Positions 9,554-17,764 of a stretch of 64,000 bases of DNA are shown piece after piece. The stretch is from Actinobacteria bacterium HGW-Actinobacteria-2. GTDB taxonomy: Bacteria > Actinomycetota > Actinomycetes > Propionibacteriales > Propionibacteriaceae. Below the pieces are notes generated by a model. That model saw nothing but the letters and a program-made list of their open reading frames with translations, was not told where the DNA came from and did not search any database. Position 1 is the first letter of the stretch, and every line of letters starts with the position of its first letter. A program made the translations under genes and the position numbers. The stretch is from positions 33,000-96,999 of the forward strand of contig PHEY01000006.1 in assembly GCA_002841335.1 (NCBI GenBank), in the 5' to 3' direction.

Positions 9554-10146
9554 TGAAGCGACGTTGGATCCTCCCGGTGGTGTGGGTGGCGGTGTTGTTC
9601 GCCACCATCGGGATCGCCCAGGCGGTGGGTGGCTGGCAGGTGAGCGGTCGGGAGCCGGTCGTCGCCGGAACGATGACCCCTGACGACCTCAAAGGCTGGA
9701 TGACCGTCCAGCAGGGGGCCGACGGTTTGAGCGTGCCCGCGACGGTGATCCTCACCGAGATCGGCGGGGAGCCCGGATTGGTCACCCCGGCCACCGCCTT
9801 CAAGGACGTTGAGGCGCTGGTGCCCGAGTTCAGCCTGGACGACCTGAAGACCCGGCTGTGGGAAGTTCTGGGGACCTCGCCGAGTCCGACGCCGAGCTCG
9901 ACGGCTACGACGAGTGCCGCACCGGTGCCCACAAGTACGCCGACTGGAACTCCGCCGAGTGGGGTCACCGGGCAGCAGACGCTGCGCCAGGTGGCCGAGG
10001 CGAATGGACTGGAGTTGGCCGCCCTGATCGCCGAATCCGGCTTGCCGACGTCCACCGATCCGGACACCGCTCTGCGCGCCCTGCGCGACACCGTCCCCGG
10101 CTTCGAGATTCAGCAGGTACGCGACGCGGTGGACCGGCTCCGTTGA
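9553..10146 (+). CDS. membrane-anchored protein with two internal ~55-aa repeats separated by a Pro/Ser/Thr linker; family not recognised
   Basis: ATG 9553 overlaps the upstream stop. It has an N-terminal TM, the two halves align to each other by eye, and there is a PST-rich linker. Confidence 0.5.
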   Translation: MKRRWILPVVWVAVLFATIGIAQAVGGWQVSGREPVVAGTMTPDDLKGWMTVQQGADGLSVPATVILTEIGGEPGLVTPATAFKDVEALVPEFSLDDLKTRLWEVLGTSPSPTPSSTATTSAAPVPTSTPTGTPPSGVTGQQTLRQVAEANGLELAALIAESGLPTSTDPDTALRALRDTVPGFEIQQVRDAVDRLR

Positions 10147-10189
10147 GCCGATCCACCGCAGTTGTTGGCCCTGGTCGGCCCGACCGCGT

Positions 10190-11158
10190 TCAGTTGTGCT
10201 GAACCGCAGCCAGGTCGGCAGGTACCGAGGACGGGGTCAGGTTGGCGGCCAAGACCTCTTGGTATCCCCGGTGATCGGTGTAGAGCTCGTCGGTGAGCGG
10301 GTTCTTGCGCTTGGTGATGATCGTGTAGCCCTGGTAGATCAGGACGGCCACATTGGCGGCCAGCGAGATCGCCGACACGGTGAACAGGGCTGCCGGGTTG
10401 TGCGAGGCATTCACCGAGAACATCGACGTGGTGACGAAGCCGGGCACGGCCATGGTGAACATCATCCACAGCGCCAAGGTGGCGGCGCGGTGCTGCAGCC
10501 AGGCGCCCTTCTTGATGAAGAAGGCCGGGATCGTGCAGCTGATCAGGAGGGCGGCACCGGCGTAGAAGGAGTGGTCACCGACGCAGTTGTAGACGTAGGC
10601 GAAGTTCCACAGGTCGTACGCGATGACCCAGAACCACAGCATGTCGGGCCAGATCATGTCCTTGCTGGAGTCGCGGGAGATGATGATCCCGGCCCAGCCG
10701 CAGATGGTGATCAGGTTGATCAGACCGGCCACACCGTTCATCCAGTTCCACGGACCCGACACCATGAAGACTCCGTCAACCAGGCCGTTGGCGTTCATCG
10801 CACCCACCTGGAAGTCACGGATGCAGGCCTCGGCGATGTTGATCGCCAGAATCGCCGGCGGGAACAGCAACGCCCACTTGTTCCTCGACAGCCTCGGCCA
10901 GTAGCGGATCGCCATGAAGCCCAGCGTCCCGGCCAGGGCGGAGTAGACCTTCACCCAGTGGAACCAGGTGCCGGTGGACGAATCCGGCCCGGCCGTGATC
11001 GGCCAGACGAACAGGGTCAGCAGCAGCGGCAGCAGGACGAAGAAGCCGATCCCGGCCCACTTCCACCGCCGCGTGATCTCGTTGAGGGCGATCAGGGCAC
11101 CCAACACCACAAACCAGGCCACCCAGGAATACCAGGGAATCGGCGCGAACAGGAACAT
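10190..11158 (-). CDS. multi-pass integral membrane protein, family not recognised
   Basis: ATG 11158 is preceded by GGAGGTGG. 322 aa with about 9 hydrophobic segments. The ORF extension up to 11335 has no RBS support. Confidence 0.6.
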   Translation of the reverse strand: MFLFAPIPWYSWVAWFVVLGALIALNEITRRWKWAGIGFFVLLPLLLTLFVWPITAGPDSSTGTWFHWVKVYSALAGTLGFMAIRYWPRLSRNKWALLFPPAILAINIAEACIRDFQVGAMNANGLVDGVFMVSGPWNWMNGVAGLINLITICGWAGIIISRDSSKDMIWPDMLWFWVIAYDLWNFAYVYNCVGDHSFYAGAALLISCTIPAFFIKKGAWLQHRAATLALWMMFTMAVPGFVTTSMFSVNASHNPAALFTVSAISLAANVAVLIYQGYTIITKRKNPLTDELYTDHRGYQEVLAANLTPSSVPADLAAVQHN

Positions 11159-11307
11159 CGGTCCACCTCCATCGACCCTGACGACGATCTGCGGTGATCG
11201 CTCGCCACTTGTGGGTCGTATTGCTTGCTGATTCGATGCTGTCACCGGCGTGGAGTGCCTGAGAATAGACAATCTGGGCGATCTGTCTACCCGGCTGAGG
11301 AGGCGCG

Positions 11308-11886
11308 TTGAACACCATCGGCACCGACGAGGCACCGTCGAAGGCCGCCTTGGCGGTGGCGCTGAAGCAGGCGCTGGCGACGACGCCGTTGGCGAAGGTG
11401 ACAGTGTCGGGGCTGGCCGCTGCGGCCGGGGTGAATCGCCAGACCTTCTACAGCCATTTCAGCGACGTCTACGACCTGGCCAGATGGGTCTTCGCCACCG
11501 AGGTCGCCAACCACATCATGGCCCACGCCAGCTACGACCAATGGGCTGACGGATTCAGCGAACTGCTCAACTACATGCAGCAGAACCATGATCAGGCCTA
11601 TGCGGTGATCCGCTCGCTGCGGCATGACGAGCTGGAGCGGTTCTTCCACCGGTCGCTGCGCAACATGATGCAGGTGATCGTCGGTGAGTTGGACGACGGG
11701 CTGACCCTGCGTCCGGACGACCGCGAGTTCGTCATCGACCACTACACATTGGCAGTGCTAGGGCATCTGCTGCACTGGCTGGCCACTGACATGCGCGACA
11801 ACCCGTACGTGCTGATCGAGCGGCTGGAGTTCGTCCTGCACGGGTCGGTGCGTGAGTCGCTGGAGCGCTTTGCCGTGCGGGCGTAA
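11308..11886 (+). CDS. TetR-family transcriptional regulator (DhaS-like C-terminal domain)
   Basis: N-terminal HTH is TVSGLAAAAGVNRQTFYSHFSDVYDL. The 3' third of the gene is duplicated at 13863-14198. Confidence 0.75.
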   Translation: MNTIGTDEAPSKAALAVALKQALATTPLAKVTVSGLAAAAGVNRQTFYSHFSDVYDLARWVFATEVANHIMAHASYDQWADGFSELLNYMQQNHDQAYAVIRSLRHDELERFFHRSLRNMMQVIVGELDDGLTLRPDDREFVIDHYTLAVLGHLLHWLATDMRDNPYVLIERLEFVLHGSVRESLERFAVRA

Positions 11887-11900
11887 CCCCGTGGTGCGGG

Positions 11901-12069
11901 GGTTTCGACACGCGAGCTGCGCTCGCTGCTCAACCAGCGGTGGGGGTGCGGGGGTTTTGACACGCGAGTTGGGCTCTTTGCTCAACCAGTGGCGGGACGG
12001 CTGAGCAGGCCGCGGACTTGCCCCGCACGTCGCTGGTTGAGCAGGCCGCGGAGCGGCCGGGTCGAAACC
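11901..12069. repeat. REP/MITE-like palindromic repeat cluster 1
   Basis: Units GGTTTCGACACGCGAGCTGCGCTCGCTGCTCAACCAGCGG (11901-11940), a degenerate copy (11953-11992), a partial inverse unit, and CGCTGGTTGAGCAGGCCGCGGAGCGGCCGGGTCGAAACC (12031-12069). Confidence 0.85.
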
Positions 12070-12097
12070 CGCCGGCGTCGGAGGCGGTCATGGGGAT

Positions 12098-13075
12098 CTA
12101 CGAAGCGTGAGCCTTGACAGCGAGGACCGTTTTACCTCGCAAGACTCCCTCGCTCTGGTCCAAATGGGATGCGATCAGCCCACTCCACGAGACCTGGTGT
12201 GGATCAGGGATGACGAGTCCCTTAGCCGTGAGTCGGATGACCGACGAGATGAGGTCACGCACTGCCGCTGGCTCCGTGCGGGCCATCGCGAGAATGCTGA
12301 ATCCCGAAATGGCTACGTTCTGGCCCCGGAGGGTGCGGTAGCGGGGCGGCTCGGGGTCCGGCTGCCCAGCGGCAGCCCCGTAGCTGATGAGTACCCCTCC
12401 GGGCGCGAGTGCGTCGAGGGTGGAGGCGAGAGTGTCGCCACCGATCGACTCGAACACGGCATCGAATCGCTGGCCTTCGTTCGCCTCGATGGCGCGCGCG
12501 GTGAGTCGGTCGTCTCGCACGATCGGGACGGTGCCGGCGACAGCGGTCTTGCCCGCGCGTGACGCCGCGACGACACGCGTCACACCGTGCCGGGCGAGGA
12601 GCGATGCCAACGCCTGGCCGACACCGCCCGTCGCGCTCGTGACCAGTGCCGTGCCGCCATCGCCGATGTGCGAGCGCCGGACAAGCCCGATCGCCGTCGC
12701 CCATGTCAGCGGGATCGTGGCGGCCTGCGCCGAGTCCAGCTCATCCGGTATCGAGCACGTGAGCACCGCGTCCGCGATCGCGTACTCCGCGAGCCCACCC
12801 CCGTTGTAGGTGAAGGCGACCGCTCGCTCACCCACTCGGAGACCGTCCACTTCCTCACCGATGGCTTCGACGATGCCGGCGACCTCCATCCCGGGGACGA
12901 ACGGCCAACCGTCCGCATAGCCGGGTGCGCCACGGCGAGCGAGAACGTCGGTGAAGTTCAGCCCCGCGAACTCGACACGGATCAGCACTTGACAGCGTCC
13001 GGGTCTCGGCGGGGTCGTCGCAGCGATCGAGAGGGTTTCGAGGCCGCCGGGTTCGCTGATCATGAGAGCACGCAT
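12098..13075 (-). CDS. NADPH:quinone oxidoreductase / zinc-type alcohol dehydrogenase superfamily (MDR)
   Basis: 325 aa. Has a GroES-like N-terminus and a Rossmann motif TSATGGVGQ. Confidence 0.85.
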   Translation of the reverse strand: MRALMISEPGGLETLSIAATTPPRPGRCQVLIRVEFAGLNFTDVLARRGAPGYADGWPFVPGMEVAGIVEAIGEEVDGLRVGERAVAFTYNGGGLAEYAIADAVLTCSIPDELDSAQAATIPLTWATAIGLVRRSHIGDGGTALVTSATGGVGQALASLLARHGVTRVVAASRAGKTAVAGTVPIVRDDRLTARAIEANEGQRFDAVFESIGGDTLASTLDALAPGGVLISYGAAAGQPDPEPPRYRTLRGQNVAISGFSILAMARTEPAAVRDLISSVIRLTAKGLVIPDPHQVSWSGLIASHLDQSEGVLRGKTVLAVKAHAS

Positions 13076-13155
13076 GCATCGAAGCTATCACGCGTACGAC
13101 GATCGTCGTACACACGTACTATCCAACTCCCGTATAGTGGAGTCGGAGGATAACA

Positions 13156-13524
13156 ATGCGACCGCTACCCGCCCCGCCGGCCGAACTCGACTTGTTCGCC
13201 GTGCTCAACTGCCTCTCCGACCCCGTACGGCTCTCGATCGTGCAGCAGCTCAGCGCTACCGACAACGTTCAGTGCGGCGCCTTCGACGTCCCCGTGACCA
13301 AGAGCACGCTTACCCACCACTTCCGAATTCTCCGCGAGTCCGGCGTCATCGCAACCGAGCGGGTCGGCTCACGCTCCCTGAATCGCCTACGCCGCAATGA
13401 GCTTGACGACGCCTTTCCGGGACTGGTCAGCGCTGTTCTCGCAGCCATGAGCGCGCCGGTCGCCCCAAACTCAGACCCGAAAGCCCCGGTGCCCGGAACC
13501 TCCCGAGGTTCTGGCGCGGAGTAG
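13156..13524 (+). CDS. ArsR/SmtB-family HTH regulator
   Basis: LSDPVRLSIVQQL ... TKSTLTHHFRILRESGVI. Divergent from the oxidoreductase. Confidence 0.8.
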   Translation: MRPLPAPPAELDLFAVLNCLSDPVRLSIVQQLSATDNVQCGAFDVPVTKSTLTHHFRILRESGVIATERVGSRSLNRLRRNELDDAFPGLVSAVLAAMSAPVAPNSDPKAPVPGTSRGSGAE

Positions 13525-13560
13525 CGAACGAGTGGCCTCCACGCCCCGAAACCCGTGGGT

Positions 13561-13862
13561 TCAGGCGATGACGGCGTCGCGTGCGAGGCCGAGATAGGTG
13601 CGAGCGCCGGCCGGGTCGGCTTTGGCGAGGCTGAAGGCGGCGATCACCATGGCGGTGCAGGTCTGGGCGCGGCGTTCGACCTCGTCCGGGCTCAGGTCGG
13701 GCCGTCTGGCGCGGATGCCGCTGCGTAAGGCGACCGACAACTCGGCGCGATAGCCGCCGATGATCTGGCCGATCGCCGGATCGTTGGCCAGGCTCGAGGA
13801 GGCGGCACTCACGAGGAGGCAGCCGTGGCTGGAGATGTCGGAGGGGTCGTCGGTGGTCGCTC
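13561..13862 (-). pseudogene. 3' fragment of a TetR-family gene (paralog of 14447-15028), no N-terminal HTH
   Basis: Encodes ..HGCLLVSAASSSLANDPAIGQIIGGYRAELSVALRSGIRARRPDLSPDEVERRAQTCTAMVIAAFSLAKADPAGARTYLGLARDAVIA. This aligns with the C-terminal ~100 aa of the 193-aa TetR. Homology stops at about 13862. Confidence 0.6.
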
Positions 13863-14198
13863 GGATTCAGCGAGTTGCTCAACTACATGCAGCGGAACCA
13901 CGACCAGGCCTATGCGGTGATTCGTTCGCTGCGCCACGACGAGCTGGAGCGGTTCTTCCACCGGTCGTTGCGCAACATGATGCAGGTGATCGTCGGTGAG
14001 TTGGACGACGGACTGACTCTGCGTCCCGACGACCGCGAGTTCGTCATCGACCACTACACACTGGCGGTGCTGGGCCACCTGCTGCACTGGCTGGCCACCG
14101 ACATGCGCGACAACCCGTACCTGCTGATCGAGCGACTGGAGTTCATCCTGCACGGCTCGGTGCGCGAGTCGCTGGAGCGCTTCGCGTCCCGAGCGTGA
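13863..14198 (+). pseudogene. 3' fragment duplicate of TetR gene 11308-11886
   Basis: The 107-aa ORF differs from the C-terminus of 11308-11886 at 4 residues. Nucleotide homology starts at GGATTCAGCGA (11551 / 13863). No HTH part is present. Confidence 0.7.
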
Positions 14199-14211
14199 CG
14201 CCGTTGGGGAT

Positions 14212-14444
14212 GGTTTCGACACGCTCGCTTCGCTCGCTGCTCAACCAGCGGGTGGGCAGGTTCGCTTCGCTTGCCCTCAGCCAGTGGCGGCCTGAGTTGA
14301 GCGGGTCGCGAGGAGTTGTTCGGAGCGCCGCTGGTTGAGCAGGCCGCGAAGCGGTCGTGTCGAAACCTGTCCGGTCACGCCGACGTGATGGCGTCGCGAG
14401 GGGTCGCTGGTTGAGCAGGCCGCGAAGCGGCCGTGTCGAAACCC
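14212..14444. repeat. REP/MITE-like palindromic repeat cluster 2
   Basis: GGTTTCGACACGCTCGCTTCGCTCGCTGCTCAACCAGCGG (14212-14250), a degenerate copy, then inverse units at 14329-14367 and 14405-14443. Confidence 0.85.
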
Positions 14445-14446
14445 GG

Positions 14447-15028
14447 TCAGGCCGAGGTGATGGCGTCCCGGGCGAGATCGAGATAGGCGACTGCGCCGGC
14501 CGGATCGGCCTTGGCGATGCTGAAGGCGGCGATCACCATGCCGGTGCAGGTGAGTGCGCGGCGCTCGATGTCGTCCTCGCTGAGCTCGGGGCGGCGCGCC
14601 CGAAGACCGTCGCGTAGCGCGGACGCCACTTCGTTGCGGTAGCCGGTGATGGCGGCCCGCACCGCCGGGTCGTGAGCCAAGCTGGAGGAAGCGGTGCTGA
14701 CCAGCAGGCAGCCATCGCCATGGACGTCCTTGGCGGAGTCGGTGATGGCGGACTGCAGGGTGGTCAGGTAGTTCTCGATCGCCTCAGGGGCCACCGGCTC
14801 GGTGATCATCGGACGCAGCCGGGGCCGGACCACCTCGTCCAGATAGCTGGTCAGGGCGGCGTCGAACAACCCGCGCTTGTTGCCGAACGCGTGGTAGATG
14901 CTCGAGCGGCACAGCCCGGTGGCGGTCTCGAGGGCGGGCATTGCGGCTTCGTCGTAGCCGGCGTTCCAGAAGACCGTGCGGGCAGCGCGTACCGCCTCGG
15001 CGGTGTCGAACGCTTGTGGACGACCCAC
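14447..15028 (-). CDS. TetR-family transcriptional regulator
   Basis: N-terminal HTH is ATGLCRSSIYHAFGNKRGLF. 193 aa. Divergent from the DUF1304/nitroreductase genes. Confidence 0.85.
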   Translation of the reverse strand: MGRPQAFDTAEAVRAARTVFWNAGYDEAAMPALETATGLCRSSIYHAFGNKRGLFDAALTSYLDEVVRPRLRPMITEPVAPEAIENYLTTLQSAITDSAKDVHGDGCLLVSTASSSLAHDPAVRAAITGYRNEVASALRDGLRARRPELSEDDIERRALTCTGMVIAAFSIAKADPAGAVAYLDLARDAITSA

Positions 15029-15066
15029 GATTCCCCCTTCTGAGACGCGCGGCTTTTGTGAACTGC

Positions 15067-15098
15067 TCGGTACAGTATATATTAAACCGGTCGGTACA
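15067..15098. promoter_or_regulatory. AT-rich divergent promoter/operator candidate
   Basis: TCGGTACA occurs twice in direct orientation (15067-15074 and 15091-15098). The copies flank GTATATATTAAACCGG, an AT-rich patch unusual for this GC content, between the TetR and DUF1304 genes. Confidence 0.3.
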
Positions 15099-15127
15099 AA
15101 ACGGTCCTACCCGAAGGAGGCTTACCC

Positions 15128-15511
15128 ATGGTGATCGCAGGCTTGGTGATCGTCGCGCTCGCGGCGCTGATCCACCTCTACATCTTCGCGCTGGAGTCAC
15201 TGACCTGGACCAGCGACCGCACCCGCGCGGTCTTCGGCACCACCCCCGAGCAGGCTGCCCAGACCCGCCAACTGGCCTTCAATCAGGGGTTCTACAACCT
15301 GTTCCTGGCCATCGAGGTGGTCGCCGGCATCGTCGCCTTCGCACTCGGCGCAGCACCGGTAGGCATCGCCCTGGTGCTGGCCGGCGCCGGCTCGATGGTG
15401 CTGGCCGGGGTCGTCCTGGTGGCCTCGGATCGATCCAAGGCCCGCGCGGCCCTCATCCAAATGCTTCCGCCCCTGATCGGTGTGATCGTCGGCGGCATCG
15501 GCCTGATCTAG
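15128..15511 (+). CDS. DUF1304-like small membrane protein
   Basis: RBS AAGGAGG at 15114-15120. 127 aa with 4 TM. Contains IHLYIFALESLTW ... AFNQGFYNLFLA. Confidence 0.65.
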   Translation: MVIAGLVIVALAALIHLYIFALESLTWTSDRTRAVFGTTPEQAAQTRQLAFNQGFYNLFLAIEVVAGIVAFALGAAPVGIALVLAGAGSMVLAGVVLVASDRSKARAALIQMLPPLIGVIVGGIGLI

Positions 15512-15541
15512 GCCCCTCACCCATTACGAAAGGCAGAACCC

Positions 15542-16297
15542 ATGAGCAACCCGGTCATCGAACAGCTTCGTCAGCGACGGTCCGTCCGCGCCTTCACCGG
15601 GGAGCCGGTCTCCGACGTCGACCTGGCGGCCATCCTGAGCGCCACCCAGCAGGCGCCGACCTCGATCAACGGCCAGCAGACGTCCCTGGTGGTGATCCGC
15701 GACTCCGACCGGATCGCCCAGGTGGCGCAGATCGCCGGTGGGCAGCCCCAGGTGGCCGGCGCCGATGTGGTGGTCGTGTTCGTGATCGACTTCAACCGCA
15801 CTGCCGAGGCGGCCAAGTTGGCCGGCACTGAGCAGGTCGTCGAACGCTCCGCCGAAGGCATCGTCACCGGAGCGGTCGATGCCGGCATCGCGTTGGCCAC
15901 CTTCCAGGCGGCGGCCAACGCGCTGGGCTACGGCAGCACGCCGATCGGCGGCATCCGTCGCAACCCGGCCGACCTGATCGCCCTGCTCGACCTGCCGCCG
16001 CGCACCTACCCGGTGGTGGCCGCCACCCTCGGCGTCCCCGACCCCGAGCGCCTGGCTCAGGTCAAGCCGCGGGTACCGCTGGAGTCCTACGCCATGGAAG
16101 AGACCTACGACGCCGAGAAGGTGGCCGAAGGTGTGGCCACCTACGACCAGGTGCTCCGCGCGTGGTGGGACGCCCAGGGTCTGACCCAGATGGGCACCTA
16201 CTCCCAAGACACCGCCAAGACCTACTCGACGGTGTACTTCCCGACGATCGCCGCGACCCTGCGCGCCCAGGGCTTCGAGTTCGCCGACGAAGCCTGA
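15542..16297 (+). CDS. NADPH-dependent nitroreductase (NfsA-like)
   Basis: The N-terminus LRQRRSVRAFTGEPV is typical of the nitroreductase family. 251 aa. Confidence 0.85.
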   Translation: MSNPVIEQLRQRRSVRAFTGEPVSDVDLAAILSATQQAPTSINGQQTSLVVIRDSDRIAQVAQIAGGQPQVAGADVVVVFVIDFNRTAEAAKLAGTEQVVERSAEGIVTGAVDAGIALATFQAAANALGYGSTPIGGIRRNPADLIALLDLPPRTYPVVAATLGVPDPERLAQVKPRVPLESYAMEETYDAEKVAEGVATYDQVLRAWWDAQGLTQMGTYSQDTAKTYSTVYFPTIAATLRAQGFEFADEA

Positions 16298-16427
16298 GCG
16301 ATGCCCGACGGTGGGGGTTGGTGGGACTTGATCTCCACCGACCCCCACTTGTCTGTGTGGGGAGATGTGCTGGTGTGGAGTGTCCATCGCGCGTGCGCGC
16401 CGGTGGCGTCCCGCTAGCCTGCACCGC

Positions 16428-17096
16428 ATGAGTGAGGTGTGGCGGGCGCGGTTGGCTAACGTCGGTGTGATCTGGGGGCTGGCGTCCCAGGTAATCCTGG
16501 TGTTCTTGGGCGTGGATTACGCCTTGGAGTACTCCGAGGACGAGCCGGATCTGATGATCCTGGCGTGGTGCCTGGTCGGGACGATCTACGCCGCGGTGAT
16601 GATCGCCTCGCTCACCGTGGCTGCGCAGGCATTGCAGTCCGCGCACGCCTACCGTCCGACCCGGCTGCAGTCGCACCCGGTGGTGCAGGTGGTCGCGATG
16701 GCGTCCTCCCTGGTCAGCGCCTTCATCGGGATCGCGGCCGCGTTCATGGTGGTGGTGCTCAAGGACGATCCCACCGACGGCTGGTGGTACAAGGGTTTGG
16801 GGGTTTGGGCGATGGTGCTGGCCTGGGGAGTGCTGCACTGGGGCTTCGCGCAGTGGTACCACGCCCGCTACTACCGCACACCGACGCCACCGATGGAGTT
16901 CCCCGGCACGCCCAATCCGCACCTGGTCGACTTCGCCTACTTCGCCTACACCGTGGGCACCACCTTCGCCGCCTCGGACGTGAACGTCCGCACCCGCGAC
17001 GTGCGCTGGGTGGTCACCCTGCACGGGGTGATGGCCTTCTTCTTCAACAGCGCGATCATCGTGCTGGCACTGAGCACCCTGACCGGCTCGGGTTAA
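16428..17096 (+). CDS. DUF1345-like membrane protein
   Basis: ATG 16428. Has TM helices and the conserved tail FAYFAYTVGTTFAASDV. Confidence 0.6.
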   Translation: MSEVWRARLANVGVIWGLASQVILVFLGVDYALEYSEDEPDLMILAWCLVGTIYAAVMIASLTVAAQALQSAHAYRPTRLQSHPVVQVVAMASSLVSAFIGIAAAFMVVVLKDDPTDGWWYKGLGVWAMVLAWGVLHWGFAQWYHARYYRTPTPPMEFPGTPNPHLVDFAYFAYTVGTTFAASDVNVRTRDVRWVVTLHGVMAFFFNSAIIVLALSTLTGSG

Positions 17097-17111
17097 CCCA
17101 CGGTTCGGCAG

Positions 17112-17261
17112 GGTTTCGACACGCTCGCTGGCGCTCGCTGCTCAACCAGCGGTGTGAGGCTCGATCAGCGGGCGGGGTGCAATCATCGGGGGTTCTTGCG
17201 TCGGTGGCGGGCCTCCGCCCGCCGCTGGTTGAGCAGGCCGCGGAGCGGCCGTGTCGAAACC
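17112..17261. repeat. REP/MITE-like composite element (cluster 3)
   Basis: GGTTTCGACACGCTCGCTGGCGCTCGCTGCTCAACCAGCGG (17112-17152), a 70-nt spacer, then CGCTGGTTGAGCAGGCCGCGGAGCGGCCGTGTCGAAACC (17223-17261). The outer arms are mutually complementary. Confidence 0.85.
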
Positions 17262-17392
17262 TCTCGCTGGGAACGCCGGTGGCCGTGACGCCGGCTCGCC
17301 TGGGGTGCGGGGACCGTCGCCTTGGTACCGGATCGTGCGGCGAGGCAACTTCGCAGAACTAGGTATTCACCGGGCGCTTCACGACTAAGATA

Positions 17393-17410
17393 CTTGCAGA
17401 AATCTTCAAG
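17393..17410. promoter_or_regulatory. imperfect 18-bp palindrome, candidate ArsR operator
   Basis: CTTGCAGAAATCTTCAAG matches its own reverse complement at 14 of 18 positions. It ends 15 nt upstream of the ArsR start, in an AT-richer patch. Confidence 0.3.
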
Positions 17411-17425
17411 TCGAGGAGCGAGGGC

Positions 17426-17764
17426 GTGCCGACACCGCTGCATGAGGCCAAGGCTGAGCTGTTCCGCACTCTCGGGCACCCGGTGCGCATTCGCGTCCTG
17501 GAGTTGCTGAGCGAGCGGGAACACGCCGTCCACGAGCTGCTCGTCGAGATCCCCATCGAGCCCAGCGCGCTGTCCCAGCAGCTGGCGGTGCTGCGTCGTG
17601 CCGGAGTCGTCCGGCAGCGCCGCGAAGGCGGCGAAGTGCGCTACGCCGTCCAGACCGAATCGGTTCCGGCCCTGCTCGCTGCGGCACGCGCCACCTTGTC
17701 CGACGTCCTCGCCGGGCAGGTGCAGCTGCAAGCCGAACTGGACGACGAAAGCGCGGCCAGCTGA
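17426..17764 (+). CDS. ArsR/SmtB-family regulator, first gene of the hydrogenase-like operon
   Basis: LGHPVRIRVLELL ... SALSQQLAVLRRAGVV. The stop overlaps the next start. Confidence 0.85.
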   Translation: MPTPLHEAKAELFRTLGHPVRIRVLELLSEREHAVHELLVEIPIEPSALSQQLAVLRRAGVVRQRREGGEVRYAVQTESVPALLAAARATLSDVLAGQVQLQAELDDESAAS

